64,000 bases of DNA, taken from an uncultured virus (IMG/VR IMGVR_UViG_3300022936_000008). Its lineage: Duplodnaviria > Heunggongvirae > Uroviricota > Caudoviricetes. The stretch is taken from the IMG/VR virus record IMGVR_UViG_3300022936_000008. The stretch is one strand, 5' to 3'. Below the pieces are notes generated by a model, which worked only from the letters and a program-made list of their open reading frames with translations, did not search any database and was not told the origin of the DNA. Shown here piece by piece: positions 32,023-42,761 of the stretch (the first letter of the stretch is position 1; every line of letters begins with the position of its first letter). The position numbers and the translations under genes are program-made.

Positions 32023-32444
32023 ACAGCAATTAATTTAGCGAACTCTTCTTCAAAAATAATATTTTCTGGAATATTCCAAGAGTCCCAAATTATAGTGAAC
32101 ATATTTGCCATTTCTTGGGAGCTATACCCGTTTAAGTTTTTTCCTCCAGCGGAATAAGCAATATAAAAATCTAAATCTGGGGTATCTTCGGCATATTTGT
32201 ATAGATGAGTGATTTGCAATTCAATATCTCTGCGGTCTACACTTGGATGAATTTTCTTTGTTAAATCTTTCGTAATAATTGCATAGCTTTGCCCTTGTCT
32301 GCCTGAAGCCTGCCCATACTTAGCTCCAAACTTCTCTCTAGCTACTTTAGCAGCTCCAAGTCCATGTCTTCCCTGTGTATTAGAGCCAAATACAAAAATC
32401 CCGTTTGGTGGTAACTCTGTTATAATTCCTTTATATGTTTTCAT
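32019..32444 (-). CDS. A1S_2505-like phage protein (macrodomain-like fold suspected)
   Basis: IFVFGSNTQGRHGLGAAKVA..KFGAKYGQASG.QGQSYAIIT. Confidence 0.65.
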   Translation of the reverse strand: MKTYKGIITELPPNGIFVFGSNTQGRHGLGAAKVAREKFGAKYGQASGRQGQSYAIITKDLTKKIHPSVDRRDIELQITHLYKYAEDTPDLDFYIAYSAGGKNLNGYSSQEMANMFTIIWDSWNIPENIIFEEEFAKLIAV

Positions 32445-32447
32445 TTA

Positions 32448-32816
32448 TCAAACTTTAATTATTTTTATTGGTATTTGTTTTTTCTCCGCCATTTTTAAAC
32501 TGCTTAGAGTCCCCTTACTTTGCCCATCCCAATACGCTATGAGATGAGTTGCATCGTCAACAATTAATTGATTTCTAAGAAAACCAGCCTTCTTTCCGTA
32601 AGTTTCCCAATCAGGTAAATGCTCTGTGAGAGTATATTGATTTTCTATGCAATATCTTCTTATAAGAGCGTCACCTCCTGTTGGGCATCCACCGGAAATA
32701 AAGTGTAAATCTTTTCCTAAGTCTTTAATTAGATATTCTAATTTTTCTTTGAAAAAGAGGTAGTCTGAAAATCCTCTCGAACCGATAACAGCTATTTTAT
32801 TTACGTCTTGCTTCAC
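32448..32816 (-). CDS. SLOG-superfamily protein (DUF2493/YspA-like)
   Basis: IAVIGSRGF...ISGGCPTGGDAL...DW.TYGKKAGFLRNQLIV...AYWDGQSKGT. Confidence 0.85.
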   Translation of the reverse strand: MKQDVNKIAVIGSRGFSDYLFFKEKLEYLIKDLGKDLHFISGGCPTGGDALIRRYCIENQYTLTEHLPDWETYGKKAGFLRNQLIVDDATHLIAYWDGQSKGTLSSLKMAEKKQIPIKIIKV

Positions 32817-33396
32817 TTATTAAATCTCTTATTGTTAAATTTAAGTTCCATATCTGTTTATCTTTTTCTTCAATTCGTTTTTCTTTTGCCGCGTTTTCTC
32901 TCTTTAAAAACTGAACTCCATTATTTTCCTTAAATGTATTTAGCTCTAAATAACTACCGTAAAATTTAGTACACAATATAGGCTTTAAATCGATTATTGA
33001 TTTATGAAGAAATTTTGCCTCTTTAATCTTTTTTAACCTGCCGTTTTTTGTTACATATATCAATCCGGCATAATTTGGAACCTCTTCTATCTTAATTAAA
33101 TCTTCTGGTACAACATAGAAGAACTTATTGGGAATATGTGTGTGAGATAATTCACCATATATTTTATGGCGTTTCTTTTTAAAATCGGCGAAAAAATCAG
33201 AACGGCTAACTTTAATCTCCATCTCAACAGCGTAACCATTACGGTTAATGACTAATGTATCTGATTCATTTGGAGAACATCTAAAACAGTAAATATTGTG
33301 AACTACGAAATCTGATAATTTTATGTAATACTTATCAAGAGCTTTTTGGATGTCTTTTTCTGTCATGCTATAATCTCCATTCGTTTCTGATAACAC
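32797..33396 (-). CDS. PD-(D/E)XK nuclease, MmcB-like
   Basis: ESDTL...EMEIKVSRSDFFADFKK...PNKFFYVVP...AGLI. Confidence 0.7.
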   Translation of the reverse strand: MLSETNGDYSMTEKDIQKALDKYYIKLSDFVVHNIYCFRCSPNESDTLVINRNGYAVEMEIKVSRSDFFADFKKKRHKIYGELSHTHIPNKFFYVVPEDLIKIEEVPNYAGLIYVTKNGRLKKIKEAKFLHKSIIDLKPILCTKFYGSYLELNTFKENNGVQFLKRENAAKEKRIEEKDKQIWNLNLTIRDLISEARRK

Positions 33397-33722
33397 TCTC
33401 CTAAGATATAAGGTTCATATTTAGTTGAAGACCCTCTTCTACCTACAGGTTTTTCTCCGCCGTCTGAAAGTCCAAACATTCCATAATTTTCAAAGTATTT
33501 TATGGTGTATTCTTTTCCCTCAAATAAAACTTTATTGTCTTCGTAGATGTATTTTTTGTTTTTGTCTTGTAATCCTGCAAATTGCCGGGCGAAAACCAAC
33601 TCCCAATTCTTATCAATTTCAAAAAAAGCCACACCGTTTCTAGGATCAAATATGTTATTGTACATTTCTAATTCTTCTCCTGTGTTTTTATTGCGGAGTT
33701 TTATGTGATATTTTGCTGTCAT
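33363..33722 (-). CDS. YopX-family protein
   Basis: RQFAGLQDKNKKYIYEDNKV, the QxTGLxDKNGxxIYEGD pattern. Confidence 0.7.
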   Translation of the reverse strand: MTAKYHIKLRNKNTGEELEMYNNIFDPRNGVAFFEIDKNWELVFARQFAGLQDKNKKYIYEDNKVLFEGKEYTIKYFENYGMFGLSDGGEKPVGRRGSSTKYEPYILGECYQKRMEIIA

Positions 33723-35144
33723 TTTGCGTCGGTGTTATAAATAGTTGTTATTTTAAATAGCCCAATATTATTAGTATTAGCAAAATTTAATAGCTGTTGA
33801 ATACTTTGAAATTTTTCAGCGTAGTTTATACCTCTGAACTTTTTATCAAGCTTGCTCCAAAAATCTCTACTGTCTATATCTTCTATTACGTAATATAACT
33901 TCATAATTAAAATGGCATTTCCGCGTTTTCTAAATACTTTTCCATATTATCCCAATCGTTGGCTCTGAACATATCTCCAAACTCTTTTTTAAGCCAATCT
34001 GTATTGTACTTGTCCATTCCTTTATTATCCGCCGCAAAAGAAACAAAATAACTCCAAGCGAAAGAATATGCACACATTACATCGTCCCAAACTGCGTCAA
34101 ATGATTCTGAAGAACTATAGCCTAAATCTCTTTTTCTTTTATCTCTGGCTTCGTTGTTTCTCTGAAGTGTGTCTTTTAGACTTTCCACCTCTCTGGTTAA
34201 TTTTCCAATAATTGCGTCTTGTTGCTGTTCTGTTGTCATATTGATTCTCTTTCTCTGGTGAAGAAGTTAATTAAATTATCTAAATCTACTACATTATGTA
34301 AATAAGTGTGAATGTGTCCTTTAAAATGATTTTCGCTGATAAAAATGTAAGTGTGTTTATTAGTATTAATATTACTTACCCAAAATTGGAGTTTCGGATA
34401 AGACCCTCCATACTTCATAAAGCCTGAAAAGTAATTTCCATAAGGTTTATTTTCTTCTGTAAGTATTGTAAAGCCTCGTTTGATGAAATCTTCTTTTGTT
34501 AATTTTTCTGACATAGTTATTTTTTAAATGTTTCCCAAGCTTCTTTTTCAGTTTCAAAATACTTACCTAAATAAAAAGTGCTGTTATCTTTAGGGTTATA
34601 GCCCCAATGTCCGAACCAAGCATCTTCTATATAGGTGTCACCTCTTTCCATTCTTTCTTTTAAAGAATCTATGGCAGACTGATGCTCATAAAGACAGCAA
34701 GCTATTTTAAAAGATGTAGCTTCTACTTCTGCAAGTTTTTGAGGGGCTGTGGAATCGTGGTCTCCTTGTCCCCAAGCTCCGACAAACCCAATCCAAATTT
34801 CGTATTTCTTCATTGCTTGTTTTTGATTATTAAAACCCTCGGTGTTCCAAATTTTAAAACTATAACTTTCTGCTTTCAATTCTCCTGATTTTTCTGTCAT
34901 ATTATTTAAATAAATTATCTAAGTCTTTATAATAATTCTCTGTTTCTTGAAATGTGCATTCATCTATTTGAATGTAATCACAATCTTGAAAAGTCTCTTT
35001 TTTGATATATGACCCTACTCCATGTATAAATCCATAATTTCCTATTGCCCAAACTCTATAATGAATTTCTTTTTCTGTTAGTGGTCGGGGGAAATAAAAA
35101 ATTTCTCCGTTTTCTTTTACAATGTAGTCGGACAGGTCTGTCAT
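33719..35144 (-). other. Five small hypothetical ORFs
   Basis: 33719-33904, 33907-34239, 34236-34514, 34517-34900, 34902-35144. Confidence 0.6.
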
Positions 35145-35190
35145 ATTATAATGTGTTAATCGGAAATATTCCGTTTATGTGTTTAAAATT

Positions 35191-35907
35191 TTACATTAAT
35201 CTTGGAACAAAGTCTGATTGCGTACATCCCGGCACAGGAATTAATCCCCCATCATTATTCTTAGAATTATTTGTTAACTCAAAATATTCAGACTCGGCTT
35301 GCATAAAGTTGTTATACCAAGATTTTTTAAATTCTTCTGAAATTTTATCTAATTCTACTAAAATGTGGAATCCACCGCGTGTCTGAACAATATTTCCTAC
35401 CACTGCTTCAGGGTTTATTTTGCCTGAAATCCAATTTAATAAGGTTTCATAAGAGCATCCTTTTCCTTCTTTAAAATCTACGTCAAAATCAAAATATTTC
35501 TTTACTCCCGTAACCTGAATCATATTCATAGTCACAGCTTCTGGGTTATAAATTGTACGCCCCTCAATTAAGAATCTTGTTAATTCTGCAATAGTTTTAA
35601 GTCCCGATTTGTGCATATCGCGTGGATTGGGTGTAATGTACATAACCAAACTCTCTTGGTTTATTTCTATACCATCAGTATCATACAAACCAATGGCAAT
35701 TTCTAATTTACGAAACTTACTAATTAAATCCTTCTTGTTACAAACTCCTCGTTTAAGTTGTGCTCTGTCTGCTTTTAACCCCTCTGTCTTTTTAAATTTA
35801 TTTCGCGCGAATAAAGACCAATAATATTTCTGCCCTTCTTCTAACTCAGGAAGCCAGTCAATGAATTTTTGTAATTCTTCTTGGTCTTGGATAATTTTAT
35901 AGTTCAT
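35191..35907 (-). CDS. Archaeo-eukaryotic primase (AEP) superfamily-like protein
   Basis: YITPNPR, YFDFDVD (motif I DxD), QTRGGFHILV (motif II). Confidence 0.55.
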   Translation of the reverse strand: MNYKIIQDQEELQKFIDWLPELEEGQKYYWSLFARNKFKKTEGLKADRAQLKRGVCNKKDLISKFRKLEIAIGLYDTDGIEINQESLVMYITPNPRDMHKSGLKTIAELTRFLIEGRTIYNPEAVTMNMIQVTGVKKYFDFDVDFKEGKGCSYETLLNWISGKINPEAVVGNIVQTRGGFHILVELDKISEEFKKSWYNNFMQAESEYFELTNNSKNNDGGLIPVPGCTQSDFVPRLM

Positions 35908-37000
35908 GTTTTCTTATTTTAAGTTCCAAATCTTTTATAAACTCAATATCAACTGTTTCTTTTAAATCTGATTGATCATATAAATTTTTCAACTCGTCTG
36001 CTTTTATTGTCCAATCTTCAATAACTTGTTTCAGGTCAATTTTTCCCTGTTTTATTGAGAGTAAGAAATCTCTTTCCTTTTCTCTATTTACATTTATGCG
36101 TCCTTGCGTTGCTATTTCTTCTCCTGTTAATATTAACCTGACTGTATGCATGATATTTTTACCATCGTACATTTGCCCGTGTGTTTTATTAGTGATAACT
36201 CTATTTTCATTCCTATTAAGAAGCCATTTTTGATACTCTAAATAATCAGAACAATGCGTACTATAAAATTCTCTATTCCAATATAGTACACCTTCCCAAG
36301 AATCCATCATATATAAAGCGATCTCAGATAAACAAGGTTCATTTGAATTTTCTCCCTGAACACCTTTGTATTTTCTAGTTTTGACTGTTTCAAATCTTTG
36401 ATTATCAGTGTCTTTTAAATACTGTAGAGCATCGTGATAAACTTTATAAGTGTCTCTGAAACCATCTAATTTTACTAGTCCTAGTTGACTTTGATCCCAC
36501 TCTTTGTATTTGAGCCACTCTGTTAAAGGGTAAGATTTTCCATCTTTTCTGTCAACTATTTTGCAGAAGTCCGCGATAGTTTTTCTTTCTATTCGGTTAT
36601 CTTCCCAATTGAACTTCTTGTTAAGACCTTGTGCTTTTCTTAATTGTGTTCGTGCGTACCCTGAAAAGGTGTTGTAACAATCTTTAGATAGAAATTCTTG
36701 TCTTAAACTTTTGATGTATTCAAATTCTGGTGAAGAAAAAAGTACGCACTCTTCGGGTAGGTATAACAGCTCTAAGACATTAGGATTACCAACAGATACT
36801 AACTCTAAAAATCTTCTAAGTTCGTAGCAAACATCATCCTTATTAATCTCAATTTGAGGTGTATATCGATTAGATAACAAATCCTCATCTGATTGCATAT
36901 ATATGGACTTATAATCTGTGTCTGAGGTTTCAGTAGCCAACCCATAAGATTGAGAGCCTACAATACCTTTGAATATCAATCTTGAATTTTCTGGAAGCAT
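35897..37000 (-). CDS. RlaP/YcgL-like Pol-beta nucleotidyltransferase
   Basis: GIVGSQSYGLATETSDTDYKSIY, YELRRFLEL...GNPNVLELL, YDGKNIMHTVRL. Confidence 0.85.
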   Translation of the reverse strand: MLPENSRLIFKGIVGSQSYGLATETSDTDYKSIYMQSDEDLLSNRYTPQIEINKDDVCYELRRFLELVSVGNPNVLELLYLPEECVLFSSPEFEYIKSLRQEFLSKDCYNTFSGYARTQLRKAQGLNKKFNWEDNRIERKTIADFCKIVDRKDGKSYPLTEWLKYKEWDQSQLGLVKLDGFRDTYKVYHDALQYLKDTDNQRFETVKTRKYKGVQGENSNEPCLSEIALYMMDSWEGVLYWNREFYSTHCSDYLEYQKWLLNRNENRVITNKTHGQMYDGKNIMHTVRLILTGEEIATQGRINVNREKERDFLLSIKQGKIDLKQVIEDWTIKADELKNLYDQSDLKETVDIEFIKDLELKIRKHEL

Positions 37001-37018
37001 TCTTTACTATTTATTCCA

Positions 37019-37026
37019 CAAATATA
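37019..37026 (-). promoter_or_regulatory. -7 promoter element for the 37.0-to-31.0 kb operon
   Basis: Minus strand reads TTAATTCGTTATATTTG, ending 18 nt before the ATG at 37000. Confidence 0.7.
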
Positions 37027-37036
37027 ACGAATTAAA

Positions 37037-37070
37037 ATGAAAAAACTCTCCTGTTTCCAAGAAAGTTTTA
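37037..37070 (-). terminator. Intrinsic terminator after the cargo gene block
   Basis: Minus strand AAAACTTTCTTG-GAAA-CAGGAGAGTTTT followed by TTCATTTT. Confidence 0.7.
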
Positions 37071-37091
37071 AAAAATTTTAGATTGTTAATT

Positions 37092-40000
37092 TTATTCCTC
37101 TTCGCTGTCACTCCAGATGAAGGATGTCCCAACAGTAAAATCGAAATTACCCTCATTAAAATTACCATAAGTTTTGCGGGTATTTTGGATATCATATAAG
37201 TCATAAACACCTTTGAAACCGGGAACAGTGGTTATGAAATATTTACTTCTCTCTGAAAACCCTTTATATTTACCACGAGTTACTTCATCTCCGTCAAACA
37301 CATCCATAACATTTGTCAGATTAGCAACACTCTGAAATCCTACAATTGGCGATTTAATTATCTCAGTTATGTTTGAACCAATTGCTAAAGAACTACTTGC
37401 TGTTTCACTTGCCACTCTATATGTCAAATAAGATGCCAGTTGTAGCGGATAGAGGTCAGCGTTGTCCTCATCGTCAGCAAATCCTTTTAAAACGACAGCT
37501 AATAAGATAACGGAGTTCAAAACTGCCATTTCTTTTGAAACTCTCATGATATTAGCCCTCTGAACGTCATCTGCTTTATTCCAAGCTGTTTTGAAGTTGT
37601 TTATCACTCCTTTTGCGCCAGAGTCTTTATACTCTCTAATGTAACTCCCCATGAAGTTAGCGAACGACAGGTAACTGCCCTCTTCTTCTATTCCTGTTTC
37701 TAAGTTTATCCCTCTGTTTTTTAAGCGGCGGCTTAAAGCAATAGACAACCAACCTCTGTGTGTGAAAAAATAAGAGAGGTAACTATCTCTTTGGGCATAT
37801 GTTCTATCCTCATTAGAAATAGAACCGTCCACATATTCATTTAAAACCCTAACTTGATTTGTGATTGTATTGTTTATGCTGTTTATTTCCGCCGATAATT
37901 CTTCTCCTGATTTTCCTAAATAATCCGCTAAAGATTTACCATCTACAACCCCTGAATAATCTAACGCTCCATCATTAGGTTTTAAAAACTTATAAATCAC
38001 TTGGTTTTCCAAAGCGTCCCAATTAACTTCAATGTCTTTTTTGGAAACCCCCTGCAATAATTGTTCTCGGTTAAATTGGTTGAAATTTATAACCCTATTA
38101 CCGACGACTCGGTAGTCATGCAAAATACTTAATAGGTTTTGTCCGTAAATTGGGTAGTTAGCCATTGAGTGTAAAGCGTACCCTGTTCTATTCATACCTC
38201 TAAATAAGGCACTGTAATTGGATGATTTATAAGATTCCTCCAAAGAAAAACTTTTAAAATGCTGGCCTAAAACATTTATCCAAGCCTTTGTGTTTATTTT
38301 GCCGAATTCTCGCATACCATCTTTCCATATACGTCCATATTCAGCAGTTCCTAATTTGTGTGATCTTTTGTGAAAATACTGTCCAATGAGCGTTTCAGTC
38401 CACACATTTAATTTAGCTGTAGCCCAAGATGTAAAAGGTATTACAACATTTAACCCTAAGTTTCTAAGCTTTACGTAAGATAGAAGCACTCTCGCTACTT
38501 TACTTATGTCAACATTTCCAAACGGTGTTTTTATAGGTAATGAAGATATTTCTTTTATGCCGAACATTGTATAATCCACAGAGCTTTTAAGCATCTTATA
38601 TGTCTGTGTTGCTACTGCGGCTTTTCCTGTTCCCTCGTATGAACGTGTCAATACGGTATCCATAATAGACATTACATCGCCATAATGTTTTATTTTAGAC
38701 TTTCTTGCATAGCTCTCTTTTGCAGCTAAAGTTAAAGAATAGAATAATTCATTACTCACATCTGACGGTTCAATTTCTGAAAGGTACATTTTAGGAATCA
38801 CTTTTACACTGTCCCCGAATTGAGTTCCTTTAACCATTTCATCATCGGTGAAACTGAATGTATCTTCAAAAACATTTCTAAGGTTTTGCGTTGTCTTTCC
38901 TTTAAATAGTTTTGAGGCTTTTTCTACCCGGCCTTTTCTAACTTGTGGCAACAAATAAGCGTTATACCCTTTTCCGGCATCATTAGCTTCTAAAGAGTTG
39001 AGCCTGTATTCCATCATCGCATTATAAACTTCAAAAAGTCTTGGATTTTTACTGCCTTTATCATCCCCGAATAAATCATAGAAACGTTCATTTTTGAATT
39101 GCTGTTTATTTGGTTGAATATACCCGCCATTAAAATTCGGATTGTAGTCCTTATTTAAATTATCAACATTCTCGGCTTCAAAAAATGAAATGTTAGGAGT
39201 GACCTCTAAAGATGGGTATTCACTTAAATCTGAAAGAAGCCCTGCTAAATCATCACTTGTTTGTAACTGTTCTTTAAAACTGTTATAGCTCAGTGGGGAG
39301 AATCTTTTGTAATAAGGTAAAAGCCTATCTTCAGAATACTGTTTCATAAAACGGCCATACTCTACAACATTCAGTAAATCATCCGCAACTTGTCCTCTTT
39401 TTTCAAGTAAGTTTTCAACAGATTTTGGAAGATTTTTTCTTTTCCCGGCTCTATAATCATCAATAGCCAATTGTGCTTTTGTTACAGACTTCTTATTCTC
39501 ATCAGTCATATGCTCTTTTGCATAGGAAAGCTGTTCTGTAATATTTCCAATGTTCTCTAAAAAAGCCTCTGTTTCATTAATGCCGAAATCTGAAAGCATT
39601 TTTACGTAGGAATCATTAACAGAAGAAACACCGTCTTCTAAAGTTTCAACATCTTCCTGTTCTTCTAAAGTGATGTTTTTTGTATATTTTTTAGCTCTCT
39701 CGATTAGTGCGGAAATATCTTGTTGTAAAGTCTTGATTTTATCTTTAGACTCTTGTGGCATTCTGTCAGCGTCAATCTCAACTGGAGAGTTCTTATTTAC
39801 AAACAGCCTTAATATGTTAGTTTTTTGCAGATTTTTTTCTTCTAACTCGGCAATTATTTCTCTAACCTCTTCGTTTTCTCCGGCAACTTGTCTTAGTTTT
39901 TGTGTAACTGTAAGCCCCGAAGAAAGCCCTTTCCAGAATTCTTCTTTAAAAGATATAAAAGCGTTCATTTGTAGGAAGTCTAAAGCCTCTTCTCGTCCGT

Positions 40001-42761
40001 GAGTTTGTTGAATTTTACGCAGTTCATTCAAAAATCTTTCCGAAGTTCCCTTAGTTGTGGAGAAAGTATTTTGGCTGTCTAAATTATTTAAGTCAAAAGC
40101 TATTCTAGCCTCAACACTTGCATTTTCACTTATCTCAAATATTGGTTTTCCGTTCTCATCAAGGAGGTTCACCCCATTTTCTTTTTTCTGAGAAAGCCCT
40201 ACTTTTAAATTTCCACTTGCATCATAATAGGCTTTTGCCATTCTACGACTTTCCTGCACTTCTTTTAACCGTTCTCTGTCAGCAGAGCTTAATAAACTTT
40301 GGTCTGTAACTTGCTTACCGTCAACCACTCTAATTGTTTTTAGCCTGATGTCAGCTAAGTCTGAGGAATAACCAGATAAAAATTCTTTTGTCTGCGGGGA
40401 AAGATTGGCTTTTTCGATTTTGTCTTCATATTCCTTATAGTAAGCATCATTATAAACTCTTTCACGAAGTTTATTCTGCTCTTTTCTTAATTCCTGCTCA
40501 TATTCAGATTGATTGTCTAAAGGTGATAGTTCTCTTTTTCTTTTTGATTCTAAAAGTTCTGCGTCTGTTAATTCCCCTTTATAATACTTTCTGTAAACAT
40601 CTAAAAACACTTTGTCTGACGCTTCTTTGAAAGCGGTGAAATCTGTAGAAGATATAATATAGCCACCATCCACAAGTTTCGCAAAATCTGCTTCTGTTAC
40701 GCCATTCTTTTCCATAAGGGTTTGTAGAGATTTAGTTTTGTTAAACCACTCTAAATCCCCCTCATTTGTCATATTTTTCATTACATATGCTGCCAAGTTA
40801 AGCATACCGTCACGGGCGTGAACCATTTGACCAAATGTGGCAATAAATGCAGAACTGTCTTTGTCTGCCCTTATTATCCATTTCCTTACGCTATCTGCCT
40901 GCGCATCTGACAAGCTGTGTTTTTGCTGTACTTCCTGTACAAGTCTTTCTACATTTTGACTATCAACTGTGTTAAATTCAGCCTGAGTTTCCCGAATAGC
41001 TTTAATGATTTCATTTATTGAAGTTTGTTGGGTTTTCCAATTTTTTAGTTCTGTATACCCGTTCTCAGTTATTAAAATGTTCACTTGGTTTAATAGAGGC
41101 TCAATTTCATTTGTCAAACTCTTAAAAATAATCATTTCTTCACTGCTAAGATAGCCACCTTTGGATTTTGCGTCTTTTAGGGCGGCTCTCACTTGGGAGA
41201 TTCTTGCCTTAGCCACCGCTGTAAGTCCTGCTACAGAATTTGACTTAATCACATCTTCCATCTGGTCTTGCACAGCTTTTAATTTAGAGAGGTTTGAAGA
41301 GCTTCCTAAATTGTTTTTTCTAAGGATTTTTTCCTGTTGTTGTAATTGATCTAAGAGCAGGTTTGTCACTCTATAAAGTTTACTTTCCGGCGATACATTG
41401 TAAAGCCTTAACGCACTTCTGTCAAGATTTGATAGATTAACCATCTCTGACAACTCCCCTGTTTGAACAATGTTATCTATGTCTTGTAAATAGCTGTCTA
41501 ATTCTGTTCTGTAGGACTTTTTAAAATAATTAGCGATATTTGTGAAAAATTCTCTTATTAATTCTAACGCATTTTCTATGAAGTTTCTTTGGGTTTCTGT
41601 TTTTTGTTCCGCCGAAAAGTTGCTAGCAATCGAATTGGCCACAATTTTACCCAACACTTCTTTTCTAACAGCATTTTCTAAATCAGCTTCACTCACTTCA
41701 TCACGATAAATTTCTCTGTAAGCTTGAGCAAATTCTTTATACTCCTCTGATTTATCAATGTTTCTTAAAATGTTTTCTGTTCTTTCCTGCGGAAAACTTT
41801 CCACTATAAAATGAGATACTTCTTCTGTTAAATCTTGCAGACTTATTTCATTTCCTGCATATGCCACCACTCTATTGGCTAAATCTGCTAAAGCACTTGC
41901 CGCCGGGTTTACGCCGTTTTTAATTTTGTAGTTTTTTATGTACTCGGAAATTGACACTACAGACACTCCCATTTTATTTAGGAGATTTAAAAGCCTCATT
42001 TGTAGGTCTTCCTCCGTTCTGAGTTGTAAGGGGGCTTCTAATTGCTCGATGTTGTTATATGCAGGTCTGTTAGCTGTCCACTCTCTTTGGGCTATTAATT
42101 CCTCTGCATTGTCAAATCTTTCTTTTAATTCTGGAAAACTTAAACTATCAATTTCTGTTTGTGTTTCTGTTTTTTGTTCGCCGGATTTATTGTAAACAAC
42201 TGTCTTATCTAAAGTTTTGTTTAATGTGAATGTATTTGCAGATCTTACAAGTGATTGCGAGCCTAAAGATGCTTTAGCCATATCCCACAACACTTCCATT
42301 GTAACGGCTTTCTTTTCTATTGATTCTCCTGCACTTTGTAAATAGTAGTCATCGCCAACTCTTTTTTTATTTTCGGAGATTAAATCGTTTACAATACCAT
42401 TCTGTACAAACCCTAATTCATTGGAAATGTTTGTATCTTTAGCTACGATGATTATTGAATGGAAACTCTCAGGTGTTGAAAAGCCTATTTCTATTTTTTG
42501 TCCCTCTTGCGCAGCTTTTAAAGCTTGTCCGTAACTTGCAAACTGTTCTCCATTTACAAGATGTCTCAGCCTTACATTTTCTTCCGGCGTTTCTTGGAGC
42601 TCTTTAGAAAAAATGTTTTGATAAATATTGAAAGCATCTTCAGTTGAATTCACTAAAGGGTGTTTGGCTATATTTATAAACAATTGAGATTCCTGCCCTG
42701 TTTGGGACACTACTTTTGTTATTCTATTTTCGGAATTTCTTGTTACGGAACAATTTAGCAT
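37092..42761 (-). CDS. Large virion cargo/ejection protein (1889 aa)
   Basis: Size, position and helical composition as in crAss-like cargo blocks; degenerate zincin-like LTEEVSH; hydrophobic C-terminal helices; single Cys at residue 4. Confidence 0.7.
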   Translation of the reverse strand: MLNCSVTRNSENRITKVVSQTGQESQLFINIAKHPLVNSTEDAFNIYQNIFSKELQETPEENVRLRHLVNGEQFASYGQALKAAQEGQKIEIGFSTPESFHSIIIVAKDTNISNELGFVQNGIVNDLISENKKRVGDDYYLQSAGESIEKKAVTMEVLWDMAKASLGSQSLVRSANTFTLNKTLDKTVVYNKSGEQKTETQTEIDSLSFPELKERFDNAEELIAQREWTANRPAYNNIEQLEAPLQLRTEEDLQMRLLNLLNKMGVSVVSISEYIKNYKIKNGVNPAASALADLANRVVAYAGNEISLQDLTEEVSHFIVESFPQERTENILRNIDKSEEYKEFAQAYREIYRDEVSEADLENAVRKEVLGKIVANSIASNFSAEQKTETQRNFIENALELIREFFTNIANYFKKSYRTELDSYLQDIDNIVQTGELSEMVNLSNLDRSALRLYNVSPESKLYRVTNLLLDQLQQQEKILRKNNLGSSSNLSKLKAVQDQMEDVIKSNSVAGLTAVAKARISQVRAALKDAKSKGGYLSSEEMIIFKSLTNEIEPLLNQVNILITENGYTELKNWKTQQTSINEIIKAIRETQAEFNTVDSQNVERLVQEVQQKHSLSDAQADSVRKWIIRADKDSSAFIATFGQMVHARDGMLNLAAYVMKNMTNEGDLEWFNKTKSLQTLMEKNGVTEADFAKLVDGGYIISSTDFTAFKEASDKVFLDVYRKYYKGELTDAELLESKRKRELSPLDNQSEYEQELRKEQNKLRERVYNDAYYKEYEDKIEKANLSPQTKEFLSGYSSDLADIRLKTIRVVDGKQVTDQSLLSSADRERLKEVQESRRMAKAYYDASGNLKVGLSQKKENGVNLLDENGKPIFEISENASVEARIAFDLNNLDSQNTFSTTKGTSERFLNELRKIQQTHGREEALDFLQMNAFISFKEEFWKGLSSGLTVTQKLRQVAGENEEVREIIAELEEKNLQKTNILRLFVNKNSPVEIDADRMPQESKDKIKTLQQDISALIERAKKYTKNITLEEQEDVETLEDGVSSVNDSYVKMLSDFGINETEAFLENIGNITEQLSYAKEHMTDENKKSVTKAQLAIDDYRAGKRKNLPKSVENLLEKRGQVADDLLNVVEYGRFMKQYSEDRLLPYYKRFSPLSYNSFKEQLQTSDDLAGLLSDLSEYPSLEVTPNISFFEAENVDNLNKDYNPNFNGGYIQPNKQQFKNERFYDLFGDDKGSKNPRLFEVYNAMMEYRLNSLEANDAGKGYNAYLLPQVRKGRVEKASKLFKGKTTQNLRNVFEDTFSFTDDEMVKGTQFGDSVKVIPKMYLSEIEPSDVSNELFYSLTLAAKESYARKSKIKHYGDVMSIMDTVLTRSYEGTGKAAVATQTYKMLKSSVDYTMFGIKEISSLPIKTPFGNVDISKVARVLLSYVKLRNLGLNVVIPFTSWATAKLNVWTETLIGQYFHKRSHKLGTAEYGRIWKDGMREFGKINTKAWINVLGQHFKSFSLEESYKSSNYSALFRGMNRTGYALHSMANYPIYGQNLLSILHDYRVVGNRVINFNQFNREQLLQGVSKKDIEVNWDALENQVIYKFLKPNDGALDYSGVVDGKSLADYLGKSGEELSAEINSINNTITNQVRVLNEYVDGSISNEDRTYAQRDSYLSYFFTHRGWLSIALSRRLKNRGINLETGIEEEGSYLSFANFMGSYIREYKDSGAKGVINNFKTAWNKADDVQRANIMRVSKEMAVLNSVILLAVVLKGFADDEDNADLYPLQLASYLTYRVASETASSSLAIGSNITEIIKSPIVGFQSVANLTNVMDVFDGDEVTRGKYKGFSERSKYFITTVPGFKGVYDLYDIQNTRKTYGNFNEGNFDFTVGTSFIWSDSEEE

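Noticed and set aside
35191..35907. DFDVD read as the virion RNA polymerase catalytic motif
   Set aside because: The protein is only 238 aa and the following TRGGFH motif fits the AEP superfamily better
37007..37210. 67-aa minus-strand ORF
   Set aside because: Overlaps the 1889-aa gene end out of frame and runs through a terminator and a promoter
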